A DNA stretch of 64,000 nt from the NCBI GenBank assembly GCA_002633005.1, contig NMRA01000194.1, positions 1 through 64,000 of the forward strand, given 5' to 3'. The translations under genes and the position numbers were made by a program. Numbering within the stretch: the first letter of the stretch is position 1; each line of letters starts with the position of its first letter. This document shows positions 1 through 11,104 of this stretch, in pieces. The DNA comes from Phoronis australis (Eukaryota; Animalia; Phoronida). The notes beneath the pieces are model-generated. The model had not been told where the DNA came from, did no database searches, and saw nothing but the letters and a program-made list of their open reading frames with translations.

Positions 1-229
1 ATGCGCGCACCCAGCCAAAAATGGGGGGGCTCGAATTTGATTCAGGGGTACGTTCAGAGCTATGAATTTTGCATTCCTGGAATTTTGGTTATTCCTGCCT
101 TTTTAGTGGACTATTGTTTTCTACTTTTTTCGATATTGTTGTTTCTACATGGCTGACAATTTTGCCCACCCCATGAAACGGAAGGGGGCTCGTTTGAGCC
201 CCGAGCCCCACCCCTCGGGTGCGAGCATA
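1..229. mobile_element. hAT-like MITE, left end at window edge; inverted relative of 39435-39621
   Basis: Termini ATGCGCGCACCC...GGGTGCGAGCAT form an inverted repeat; both ends match the ends of 39435-39621 in reverse complement. Confidence 0.6.
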
Positions 230-648
230 GTATTTGTTAAGTCTTAAGCTTCATGGGTGAAGTGTTTGTTTCTCCTACAGTGTAATTATAATGTTAGTAC
301 AGTTTTCATGAAAGTCACTACGCGAGGCTTGCCACAAATTTACATATTCAAGGTCATAATGAGATATTTGAATCTTTGAAAGTTATCTTATGTGCAAACA
401 GTTTATTTTTGCGATTTACTTTATCATTTACCATTTTTGGTATTCATCATTTCTGGTATTGATATGCTTTAATAAAATGCTTAAAGGACACAGGAATGCC
501 TTTAATGACATACTGCATGCTGTGCATATCCTGATGTACAATCCGAGCATTGTTGTTGCCACCAGTTGGTTGGGTGGCCCTGACTGTTTTTAACATTTTC
601 TGGACTGTTTACTAATGTGGAACCTACCTGCGACTTTTTAACCACGTG

Positions 649-738
649 CGTTTTCCGATTGCTCCCATAGATGACATACTGATTTAATCGTGAAATCAGT
701 ACATGTATGTCCTCTATGGGAGCAAGCGGGAAAACCAG
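649..738. repeat. ~90-bp imperfect palindrome (hairpin mini-element)
   Basis: TTGCTCCCATAGATGACATAC...GTATGTCCTCTATGGGAGCAA arms, extending to CGTTTTCC / GGAAAACC. Confidence 0.7.
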
Positions 739-760
739 GTGGCTGAAAAGTTGAAGGTCG

Positions 761-1152
761 GTGCGACGTTGGCAAACGGTCGGCCCTAAGTTGGTGTGAC
801 GTTGGCAAACAGTTGCCTCTTAGTTGGTGCAACGTTGGCGAACAGCCGCCTCTACGTTGGTCGAACGTCGGTAAACAATCGCTTGCAGGGTGGCGGGACG
901 TTGATAAGTGGTCGGAATTGAATTGGCGCGACGTTGNCGCCGTCGGGCCCAGGTCGTACCGTCGTCGGTTATTAGTCGGCAGTCGGACCAACGTCGGGTC
1001 ATCGGCGGCCCGACAGCGACGTTCTTACGACGTTGTTACAACGTTCATCCGATGGACAAAATTACGTTGGTCCGACGTCAGACACCAACGTTGGCCCGAC
1101 GTAACGTGAGTCGTCGGACCGACGTTGGACCACCGACAGCATGCTATCTAGG
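761..1152. mobile_element. EnSpm/CACTA-like subterminal array: about six degenerate 33-bp units plus ACGT-centred short palindromes
   Basis: Units start at 761, 794, 827, 860, 893 and 926 (GTGCGACGTTGGCAAACGGTCGGCCCTAAGTTG-like). The array ends in TGCTATCTAGG, whose reverse complement resembles the CCCAGATAGCA-type termini of animal EnSpm elements. Confidence 0.55.
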
Positions 1153-1429
1153 AGTCAGTTGAGACGGTGGTACTATCTCAAAGTAATAACGCTTTGCAAT
1201 TTCTCTTAGTGTTTCAAGAATTATCAACTACATAAACAACTAAACAAGTCGTCAATATATGTTATAAGTAGGTCATAGGCTTAGCCACAAGTATATGCTT
1301 AGCCGCTTAGCTTAAATGTCAACAGACAATGCAACTCGGTGAATTTTATGTCTGACAGTTTAACTTTCACACTCTTTACTTTCTCAGTGAGTTATCGGAC
1401 CATTACTTTATTGGATCGAGGTGATTTTA

Positions 1430-2173
1430 ATAAGCTGGGGCCGCGCAATGTCCCGATAACTACCGAAGCATGCAGGACCGAACAAGTACTTACGCATGAT
1501 CAAGCTATCGTTTGGCCAACTCGGAATTAGTGACGGATAGCTCACTTCTAAGAGATTCCCAGCGGCAGTGCTCTGTACCCAGATAAATGCGTAGTTTATT
1601 AACTTTCAGCTGCAAGTCTTGCCTTCTTTTCTTTCTAACTGAGTCGGTTAGCTTAGACGAACGCCCCATTTTCTTGCCCAGCTTTCCACTGTCCGACATC
1701 TTGTCTCGTGTTGTCTTATTGCGTCAGCGATTATTAGCGCAGCACCGTTCTCTGACACGTAGTGTAAATGAATAATAGTCCACTGCAGATCAGCATGATC
1801 AAATCTCAAGTAATGGTCCAATCATGAAGAATCGCAGAGGTAGGCACAAAATACACGGCACGAGGTATAAAGCACATTGGGTGGCAAAGTATTCACTCCA
1901 CAACACTCTTGACACTGAATCAGCTGTTCGTTTGTCGAATGACTGAGCGCATGCGCGCATTTCTAATAAGTGAAAGGAAGATAGGCAGTTATAGGTGGTT
2001 ACCATACAAGCTTTTCTTCGTACTTCTTTCAAAAACCATGAATTGGGTCATTTTTTCTGAAAATTCCTTCTCAGGGGGAAGTGAATTACTTTTTAGTAAA
2101 GGTTGAAGGAATGTACTTTGGTTAGGGATCGTTTAAAACGTATTTTTCACGAGTTTTCGCGGTCCATGCCACT
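1430..2173 (-). mobile_element. 5' end of a Kolobok-type DNA transposon (other end not identified; left coordinate approximate)
   Basis: Reverse complement reads TTAA|AGTGGCATGGACC. The TTAA (2174-2177) is exactly where homology to the 56488-58162 element begins. Confidence 0.55.
1494..1699 (-). pseudogene. Disabled first exon of a transposon-associated protein (basic stretch + RIYLG...W...LAKxLDH motif)
   Basis: MSDSGKLGKKMGR...RKKRRQ...LRIYLGTEHCRWESLRSELSVTNSELAKR*LDH, followed by a GTAAGT donor (1493-1488). One premature TAG. Lies ~470 bp inside a TTAA-AGTGGCATGG terminus. Confidence 0.6.
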
Positions 2174-2177
2174 TTAA

Positions 2178-3710
2178 TTTTAATAAAATCAAACTACAGA
2201 CAATTTTATCGAATTTGCTGAAGCAATGTGGAGAATAAATTTTGACAGAAAATATTTTGCCAGACTCGGGACCGCAGCCTATCGGACCCGGTGCGGATCG
2301 AGACCAGACACTGGCGAACGGTAAATGCATGCGGTTACAAGCTGTTTTGTCGAAGTAAAATGGTCAAATGATAAATGCTGAATATATTCAAGGGTAGTTT
2401 CAGATACTTGCAAGAAATTACGGGCTGGTTAGTCCTGTGTAACACTGCCGCGGCAGACTTTAGTTAGCCTCAGTCACCAGCAACCAGTGAAGACTATAGT
2501 CAAAATACAGCTTGTTAGTAGGCCTATACAGGCGTGCGTTCAGTAGACGCTAGGACCTACGCGAGGACCTAGCTAAAACCTAGTCAAAGTCACGTGTTCT
2601 TATTCAAAATACACGGCGAAAACTCACGTATTCTCGCGAAGTCTTGCTTTTTAGCGAGGTCCTAAGCGTTACTGAACGGGAGGCAGCTTTGCGCCAAGAC
2701 TACCCTTAGGCCTAACTGGTCGCTGGCCACAAACACAAAAAACACGAAAATTGAACAAAGTTTCTTTTTTGTAGCAACGTTTGTCAAAATGTATCAACGT
2801 TAAATCTTCACAAATTACAAAGTAGCCGATTGAACATGCCATTCAGTTCAGCAAAAGTCGACATTGTATGTACCGCCAGAAATGAGACGAAGTCCAACGG
2901 GAATTGTGAGCACATTTATCACTTAATGAGTAACAACTGCGAGGCTGAAATTTGGTGAACACTGCTAAATCGTGCAGAATAGTAAGTAAAGATATGTCTT
3001 ACTAAATTTCACCGTAATTTGTTGGCGAAAACAATTTACACGCAGTCTTAAACTCGTAACTCATCCCGCTGTCCTCCAATATGGCCGACGCGATCCAAAC
3101 AAAGTGACCCAAATTTCGCCACAAAACTTGCAATAACTTTACAGTGCTTGCCCCGATTTTGATACTTTTTCGATTTTTACTGAGTAGAATGTACTACCTT
3201 TCCGATGATAGCAAAGTACTTTTTCAAAACGAGGAAAAAAAATAAAACTGAAAAAAATAGGTTCGACCCATATTGGTTCCTAGGTTCGACCGGCCTACGT
3301 AAGGAACTAAACACCAATGCTATTTTAACATAGTACGCGTAACATTCCAAAAAAATCAACGACCACAAACTACAAACTATAAATACACTACATATGCAAA
3401 CGAATCACGATATATTGCTAATAAAACAATATAATGAAGACTTTTCGAGCAAGCCGTAGCACATTCAGTTTCAAGGAAAAAATGACGGCGTCCAGGACAA
3501 GTTCCTGAACTGATGAGCCGGAAATGTGGGTACGGAAATAACCGATGACAACCGGTAATCATACGCTCAGAGAAAAGGGTCAAATACGGTTGAAAAATCG
3601 CTTTTGGCAAGAAAGGCGAAAAGAATGTAAGGAAAGGATGTCGAAAATAAATTTTATGTTGTAAGTATTTTCGGATACTAGAACCACATGGGCAGTTTGC
3701 AACAAGGACT
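2178..3710 (+). mobile_element. Left-truncated copy of the non-autonomous Kolobok-type element at 56488-58162
   Basis: Colinear and highly similar to 56782-58162. Ends AAGGACT|CTAA (decayed TTAA). Confidence 0.85.
2532..2683. mobile_element. 152-bp MITE with 3-bp CAG target duplication (PIF/Harbinger-like)
   Basis: TIR CGTTCAGTAGACGCTAGGACCT / AGGTCCTAAGCGTTACTGAACG; CAG at 2529-2531 and 2684-2686; empty site with a single CAG at 57133-57135. Confidence 0.85.
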
Positions 3711-3712
3711 CT

Positions 3713-3816
3713 AAGGCATTTTTCGGCACGTACACGTTCATGGGCTGGGCGCTTATTTTAGCGAAGCCTGAAAACGCGTAGGGGGCGCTTATGGGCGGTT
3801 ATTAGGGCGAATACGG
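3713..3816 (-). mobile_element. Terminus of a CCGTA-type (Tc1/mariner-pogo-like) element; relative of 15384-15492
   Basis: Reverse complement begins CCGTATTCGCCCTAATAACCGCCC and aligns with 15384-15492. Confidence 0.6.
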
Positions 3817-4452
3817 TGTAGTTGGATTCAACTAAAATCAACTAATTCAACTATTCCTACTTATCGCTGCGCCACATATGGACAGGTAAATAACTCACAT
3901 GACGTCATCCACAGGTTCATAATGTTAGAGACACCAATCACGCTTTCAACTAATTCAACTATTCCCACTGGCTAATCGCTGCGCCACCTGCAGGGGCAGT
4001 TTTATAGCAAACATGACGTCAGCAACAGGCTATCATCAGTGGTGATGGCAGGATCAGTTGAAATGAGTTGGGATTAGTTGGGTGCAACTAAACATTCTGA
4101 CGTGTATGGCTCATTGGTCTCGATAGCGTGGCGTCTTCGAAGTCATTAGTACTGTCCCCGTGGTACGTGTTCACTCATTCAAAATAACATCGAAGACTTA
4201 TTCACAACTGGAGGCATCGAGTTCTTGCGAACCATATATAAAGTTTGAAATCCAATTGCGCTGTTCGGGACTGGTTAATAACAGTAGATATTTCATCGGA
4301 TTCAGCTTGGCGGAGTATGTGTATACCAGGTAACTAATCTGTCTTGTAGTCCCTCCATGACCCAGGGCGGCGTTACACATTTCATGGCGCGAAAGGCTCA
4401 TGTACAGCATGACAAACAAACAAAGGCGCGCGTCTTTTTACACATGGGTCAG

Positions 4453-5340
4453 AAATACACAAAGCGTACCGAGAGTTGCGTAGATGAATATCCCACTCGA
4501 CATTATTCCGCGGAATAATGTCGAGTGGAATGATTACTTCATCTACGCCAATAGAGGTACGTTTTGCATTTATCCCATACGCTTCGAATTCCTAAGTCTC
4601 TTTCATTTTTTTCGGCAGATTTTTTAAATACTTCACTCAGACTGTTCACTTGGCGGATCACATCCTATATGTATGCATTTGCGCGTTAGGTTGCAAGTTT
4701 TCTCTAGTAAAAGAAGCAGTTGAAAAGAGGTAACAAAGATGAAAATATCGGTAACTGTGCATTGAACTTGTAACATCTCCTGAAAATAGTTAAATAGTTT
4801 GTACCAGATGTTACGTTTAGGGCCTGATTGCATGTCGAGTGTTATTTATACTGCTGCAACAGTATTACTTAAAACTACATTCGGAAAGTTTGATGATCGT
4901 ACCAGCTAACGACGTCGAGTGTGTTTTGATGTTGAGCCCCGTCTGGAGGGTTTATTCAAAAACACAAAATACCGAACAAGAAGCCATACAATAGCGGAGT
5001 TGCAACGCCGCCATATTGGAAATTGGTCAGAATGTTGCATTGTGGTTAAGCCGGTAAACAAGTAAGTCGGCAAGCGTGGGGGCGAATCGGCCACAGGGTG
5101 GTTATACGGCCATTCCATTTACCCTTATCAATCCCAATAGCCTTTGCGCACCCTAATTTCCGGACATGTGCAATCGTGAAATCGATTCGGTTGCAACTCC
5201 GCTATTACGGAACAGAGTCGACATTGACCTAACTTTTGAATTCCATGTCAGAGGTCACTGTTGAAGTAATGCGGGAGGTGGATACGCAAAACATTATTAC
5301 ATGGCCGTATTGCAGTCGACAGATTCAACGCGTATGGGAT
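4453..5340 (+). repeat. Dispersed repeat (second copy 51892-52413) containing a perfect 36-bp palindrome at 4493-4528
   Basis: Shared blocks in the same order in both copies, e.g. TGAACTTGTAACATCTCCTG, TACGTTTAGGGCCTG.TTGCATGTCGAGTGTTA, TTCCATGTCAGAGGTC. Confidence 0.75.
4990..5206. mobile_element. 217-bp MITE with perfect 17-bp TIR (AT-flanked, possibly ISL2EU-like), nested in the 4453-5340 repeat
   Basis: AATAGCGGAGTTGCAAC...GTTGCAACTCCGCTATT. Absent from the 51892-52413 copy. Both halves recur at 15225-15324 and 17109-17227. Confidence 0.8.
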
Positions 5341-5348
5341 AAATAGAG

Positions 5349-5495
5349 AATCCTACACGAGTCTCAGGACTGAGGTTTAGGACATGGGCAAATCCTCTTG
5401 GAAATTTCGTCAAAATCCCGAGGTATGCCGAGGGATTTTGACGAAATTTCCAAGAGGTTTTGCCCATGTCATAAATCTGAGACGAGTGTAGGATT
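5349..5495. repeat. Long hairpin element with ~38-bp near-perfect arms
   Basis: GACATGGGCAAATCCTCTTGGAAATTTCGTCAAAATCC - CGAGGTATGCCGAG - GGATTTTGACGAAATTTCCAAGAGGTTTTGCCCATGTC, with outer arms AATCCTACAC / GTGTAGGATT. Confidence 0.8.
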
Positions 5496-6180
5496 TGTTT
5501 TCTCACATGCACAATAAAAACGATCTTTTTTGCCGGAAGACTCGACGGGTCTAAAACTTTCAACCCCATCACGCTACTTTTTAAAAACACGCTTGCGCAA
5601 TGTAAAGTAATTCAATAACTTTTTGTTAATAGTTTTGTTGTAAGCTTAACAATTGTAAATTGCATTCAGCTTTCGTAGCAAATATTCAAGTTAAAATCTA
5701 TTAAATTGATTTTGAAGTTGTAATATTAAAACTTAAAAAGTGTTTATGAATAACAGTCAGCAAGGCCACCCCGCGCGTTTATGAGCACTGAATTGTCCTT
5801 GAGACAACACGGCTATACAGTCTCGCCGCGTTTCTTGAGTTGGGGCTCGTCTCCCTTTAAATGAACGTGGATATGGAATTCGCCACCGAAGATGTGTCTC
5901 TTTAAGAAGTTGTTGGCGTGTCCTTCCGATTGGGTTTGTACAGTTGTGACACCTGATTTGTCAATCATAACCTCGTCACCTTCTCGGAATTTTGGTATTG
6001 TTTAATCATTGGCGCATGTTTGGTTGTTTTAGCGTTTTGCAGACAATTTTCTACTTTGCACTAGTTTGTGATTCGCCCATATAATATTAAAAAATTACGT
6101 ACTCGATGTTAGTAACCTGTCGTGTCGTAACACATTTCAGCTGGTCATGAGCTGTTGTGAGAAAATTCAAATACCTCGTG

Positions 6181-6430
6181 ATGGACATACGCTGCGACTG
6201 ACTGTACGACAGCGAGAGCAATAGCGGCTCCGAAGACATTGTTGAGACTGAGGAATACAACACAACGTGCGGCGACATCGGTGACCCAGAAAATGCCGAA
6301 ACTCTACTTGGACAAATACGTATAAACCCAGAGGAATCTGAGTCCGCAAGCGAAACTGGCGATGGCGAAAACATGCCGACAGCCACGGACCCAGCCACGG
6401 ACTGTCTCAGAGGCGATGTTCGTTGCTGTA
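6181..6430 (+). pseudogene. Acidic N-terminal coding remnant, possibly KolX-like
   Basis: MDIRCD*LYDSESNSGSEDIVETEEY...EESESASETGDGENMPTATDPATDCLRGDVRC. Same acidic-leader layout as 21629-21900. Confidence 0.35.
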
Positions 6431-8084
6431 GAGTAAAATGTGCAAGACTAGGCTTTCAACGAGAATGTCAATACATTGGTCTTCAAAATTAGTTGACAAT
6501 ATTTCATGTGATCAAAGCCTGGCGACTTTTTTTGAAAAAAATCTAGTTTCCGTTCAAGTGACTTAGTGTTTTACTTTCCATCTACTTCCTTACTTGGTTT
6601 CGCCAAAAATTCGGCGTAGCATTTATGAGTGCGCACTGCGACATTGGTGCATAACAGTTAGATATTTTTTGTCTGCAATGACGCCTGTTTTATCTTGCCA
6701 CAGGAATAATATACATTGGTCTCAATTTTAACACTAAGACTAGCTGATCAGTTCGCATTTTTTAAAAATGTTTGTGACCGTCGGTCACAATTAACGGGAC
6801 ACCGACCTCTTAGACTCGCAGAAAAGTATAATCTATCGGGGTGGAGCAAAACAGCAACTAAAACGGACAGACAAATCTAGCGCAACGGATAGGCCTTTCT
6901 TCGCTTGAAATGAAATGCAAATTACACAAATTGCTGTATTGTTTGAAGAAAGAGAAATACTCCAACCTAACGGCGACCTCGTGCAGCAAGTCTGGTACAC
7001 GTACCTGACGTGCGCAGGGCGCTCAAGTACGCCCATTCCACTGATCACATGGAGTAAAATGGCCAAATGAACATTTGAACATGTTAAATATATGTATTAT
7101 TGGTCAACACAAGTGTGTCATCTCTTCGCTTACTCCTAACATTAACTGATTACGCTAATTCCTATCGTCATCAGGAAGCCCATTTAGTACCAAAAAATCT
7201 TGAGGTGGCTCCCGTACTAATCGATGCAAATGGCATTATCTTTGTGAAGCGAAACGTACAGTCATTTGTCACAAGAAAACTTACCATAAGGCCGGTGACA
7301 GCTGCAGATTTTAAATCTCAGAATTTCCAAATAACGTCTATTAGAAACACCAAAATTGTATAATTCAATACAGCGACACAAATCTCGACAATTCAACTTG
7401 CATAGAATATCCTACGGAGTTGCAGTGGCACGATAGCGTGGCGTTTTCAAACTCAGAAGCGCGGTGCGTCTTCGAAGTCAATAACGCGGCCCCGGTGTTG
7501 GCCACTTACTCAATCTAACATCAAAGCCTTATTCACAAAGACATGGGGGTTTAGTGAAACAATTAATGTACAGAATCCCTGCGTGCGGAGCGGGACAGGT
7601 TGGCAACCAATGGAGATTGTCACAAACGACAACGCTTTAAAATACGATGTGTGAATATATAACACTACCTTATAAAATATAGGTTGGCCTCCCCCCACTG
7701 GTTAACCGCCCTCAGAGAAAAAGGAAAACGAATTGACAGAGTACTTGTGTCCCATAGCTAATAACAGTGTGGCTTGAATGCCCACGTATTGCTATCGGGA
7801 TGAATATTCATGAATAACGATATATTTCTCCTTGTGTCATTTTTGAGCACTGAAATGACTTTATCTTGAAAAATATAATTTTGATACATTTTAGAACATG
7901 ATAACAAAGAAGTGGCTTCATCTGAGCTATGCCAGAATAACTGGCATACTGCGTGTAAGTGACTATTTTGATGCAACAGATACTAGTAGTTGGGTCACAT
8001 CCACTTAAACTAATTATCCCCTGTTGTGGCCGAGACATTATCCAAACTCCACCCCATTTGCTATCTCCTTTTGCATTGGATGTT

Positions 8085-8314
8085 GGATGTTGGACTGATG
8101 TCAACCAACTAACCAGCTATCTGTCTCTTCACATCTTTGGATAGCTTGACTATTTGACCACCAGGTGGGGCAGTTATATATGTTGGATGTCAACTAACTA
8201 ACCAGCTATCAATCCCTCTGGATAACTTTAATATTTGACCAACATGTGGGGCAGCCAACTAACCAACTATTTCTAGGACTATAGTTTTACAATTTGACCA
8301 CAAGGTGTCGACAG
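8085..8314 (+). repeat. Three degenerate 60-80-bp units with CAACTAACCAGCTAT and TTTGACCACCAGGTGGGGCAG motifs
   Basis: The motif recurs at 8156-8173, 8237-8254 and 8296-8314. Confidence 0.6.
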
Positions 8315-8695
8315 TAGTAACGTGTATACCTAACTAGTTGGTTGACATTAATGTAAGATTCTGACATGTATGGAGTGGTTTTGGTTATCCCCGCTGAAGA
8401 TGCAGGTGTATGCAACGGGAATGGTTTAATTTGTGAAGCGAGAGAAATGAATGAAGGTACAAGTGGTGACAACTACCACTTTTATCATGACAGCACGTTT
8501 CACGTGAAAATATATTTTTTGACATGTTCAACCCTCTGCTGCAAACGACGTAGGCATGTTCAGATGATTTTTCCGTTCCATGGAAAAGGATGGCCGTCAT
8601 TGTGCCAGGGCCAGTGGGCCGGAACTACATGTCACCATTTGCTACTTTTGACTCGCCTTTGATACTGAATAATTTAGTACCATCAGCCAAGAAGA

Positions 8696-9146
8696 TTGTA
8701 CACTATGATTTTTTCTGGTAATGAAGCCTATTTACAGGATTTACTGAACGTATTGAGTAATTGGTGTGCAAGGTGGCAAATGTCTGTAAATTTTTCCAAG
8801 ACTGATGTGGTTCATTTTCGCAAGAGGGGACATGTAAGAACGAGTTGTGAATTCATTTTGTGCGATCGCATTGTGAATTTAAAAGAATGTTATAAGTATT
8901 TGGGTGTAACTCTGAATGAGTTTATGGATTTCAGTTTGACAGCTGAGGTACTGGCAGACTCCGCGTCCAGGGCGTTGGGAGCTCTGGTGATCAAGTACAA
9001 ACATATTGGTAACATGGGTTTCAACAGTTACAGTAAATGTTTTGAAATGTCCGTAGCTTCAATTCTAGAATATGGATCTGGAATTTGGGGATACTCTCAA
9101 TACTCCAAATGTGAAATGATCAGAACGAGAGCTCTACGTATATTTT
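8696..9146 (+). mobile_element. Non-LTR retrotransposon RT C-terminal fragment (RTE-X or L2/CR1-group-like), cut by assembly gap
   Basis: LQDLLNVLSNWCARWQMSVNFSKT...YKYLGV...ASRALGAL...ILEYGSGIWG matches late RT domains and thumb. Confidence 0.8.
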
Positions 9147-9964
9147 NNNNNNNNNNNNNNNNNNNNNNNNNNNNNNNNNNNNNNNNNNNNNNNNNNNNNN
9201 NNNNNNNNNNNNNNNNNNNNNNNNNNNNNNNNNNNNNNNNNNNNNNNNNNNNNNNNNNNNNNNNNNNNNNNNNNNNNNNNNNNNNNNNNNNNNNNNNNNN
9301 NNNNNNNNNNNNNNNNNNNNNNNNNNNNNNNNNNNNNNNNNNNNNNNNNNNNNNNNNNNNNNNNNNNNNNNNNNNNNNNNNNNNNNNNNNNNNNNNNNNN
9401 NNNNNNNNNNNNNNNNNNNNNNNNNNNNNNNNNNNNNNNNNNNNNNNNNNNNNNNNNNNNNNNNNNNNNNNNNNNNNNNNNNNNNNNNNNNNNNNNNNNN
9501 NNNNNNNNNNNNNNNNNNNNNNNNNNNNNNNNNNNNNNNNNNNNNNNNNNNNNNNNNNNNNNNNNNNNNNNNNNNNNNNNNNNNNNNNNNNNNNNNNNNN
9601 NNNNNNNNNNNNNNNNNNNNNNNNNNNNNNNNNNNNNNNNNNNNNNNNNNNNNNNNNNNNNNNNNNNNNNNNNNNNNNNNNNNNNNNNNNNNNNNNNNNN
9701 NNNNNNNNNNNNNNNNNNNNNNNNNNNNNNNNNNNNNNNNNNNNNNNNNNNNNNNNNNNNNNNNNNNNNNNNNNNNNNNNNNNNNNNNNNNNNNNNNNNN
9801 NNNNNNNNNNNNNNNNNNNNNNNNNNNNNNNNNNNNNNNNNNNNNNNNNNNNNNNNNNNNNNNNNNNNNNNNNNNNNNNNNNNNNNNNNNNNNNNNNNNN
9901 NNNNNNNNNNNNNNNNNNNNNNNNNNNNNNNNNNNNNNNNNNNNNNNNNNNNNNNNNNNNNNNN
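9147..9964. other. Assembly gap (818 N)
   Basis: Run of N. Confidence 1.
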
Positions 9965-10790
9965 TTGAACCCAAGTCGTTCGCCATACTGTTCGGATCAG
10001 AGACATAGTGTATAGAGTGAAGAGAAAGCAAAGTATATTTAGCGTCGAGAAGGTTCGTAGAGGGATCAAAAGATGTGTTTCCGGAGGCTGCAGCAACAGC
10101 AGCCAGGCGGAAAACGTCTCGGTGTTCCGAAGGACACCAAAGTTTCGCAGAAGTGGCATGGCTTCGTGCGCCGAACGAGAGTGTGGGACGTCATCGTGGA
10201 CCAAGCGATTCGGTCCGGGGCCACTCTGTGTTCTGCCCACTTTTAGGACTCGTGTTTCGACTCCAGTCACAGGATACGTTACGATGAAGGCCTGGTTCAA
10301 TAAAGGACAATATTTATCATTCAGAAACATCAGCTCTTAATTCGGGATCGTCTGTTGGATGACTGGGTTGACTCGCCGAGCCCGAGGCCGCTTCTCTCGC
10401 GGGAGGATCCAGTTCATAAGGCTCAAAGTAGAAAAGTACGCAGCCGGAGGCACATTAAACTTGTTCTCGCTTTCGTGCAACCCCATTTCCTCATCCTATC
10501 CACCATTCCCGTACGTTTCTTCATGGTATTCGTTCAATTCTTGCTCATAATCGTCGCCACTTTCAAATTCCTGCTCTCCGCCATTGTTCAATGCTAGTCA
10601 CTGATCTCTTGTGTTCAACCCATGACGTCACATGGCGGGAAATGTAAAAATTGGCATAATTGGAAGAAAAATCAAAATTTAGAGCTAATTACACAAAATA
10701 AACATGGGTTTAGCTAAATTTTACGTCATACATTTAGTCTGTGGCCACCGGTAATTCAAAATGTGCAAAAATCCATGGTGTGTACTGCCG
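9965..10790 (-). mobile_element. Kolobok-type deletion derivative (THAP + KolX-like remnants); inverted copy of 21425-22388
   Basis: Reverse complement aligns to 21425-22248. THAP on + at ~10065-10300: KRCVSGGCSNS...F/PKDTKVSQKWHGFVRR...LCSAHF*DSCFD (one frameshift). One end runs into the gap. Confidence 0.8.
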
Positions 10791-11104
10791 TGCCAACTGA
10801 ATCTGAGATTGCGTAAAAAGGGTGCTTCTATGAGAGGAAGTAAGCACGGCCTTATACAAAGGTGAGATTTGGGATTATTTTATCGATTTTTCTATATTTA
10901 TTCTACTGATGCCTGTTAACTGAGGTACTTGCCGATGTCGACTTCGCGGCAGTCGCCAGGCGCGTTAATCTTGTTTGTTGTGATGCGTGTTAAGATACTT
11001 GAGGTAAAACTCGGGATCTTTTCGTACATCAAAGCATTATTATTCTTCGGAATGATTTCTAACAGGTTTAGCATGTCTGTTTTCACGTGACCTTTGGTTT
11101 TTAG

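Noticed and set aside
761-960. 33-bp periodic array as a CRISPR-like locus
   Set aside because: Units are degenerate along their whole length with no fixed repeat and unique spacers. There are no cas genes, the context is eukaryotic, and the array ends in an EnSpm-like terminus.
8696-10330. Long ORFs of 439, 303 and 398 aa
   Set aside because: Artefacts of reading through 818 N; only 8696-9146 has a real (RT-like) translation.
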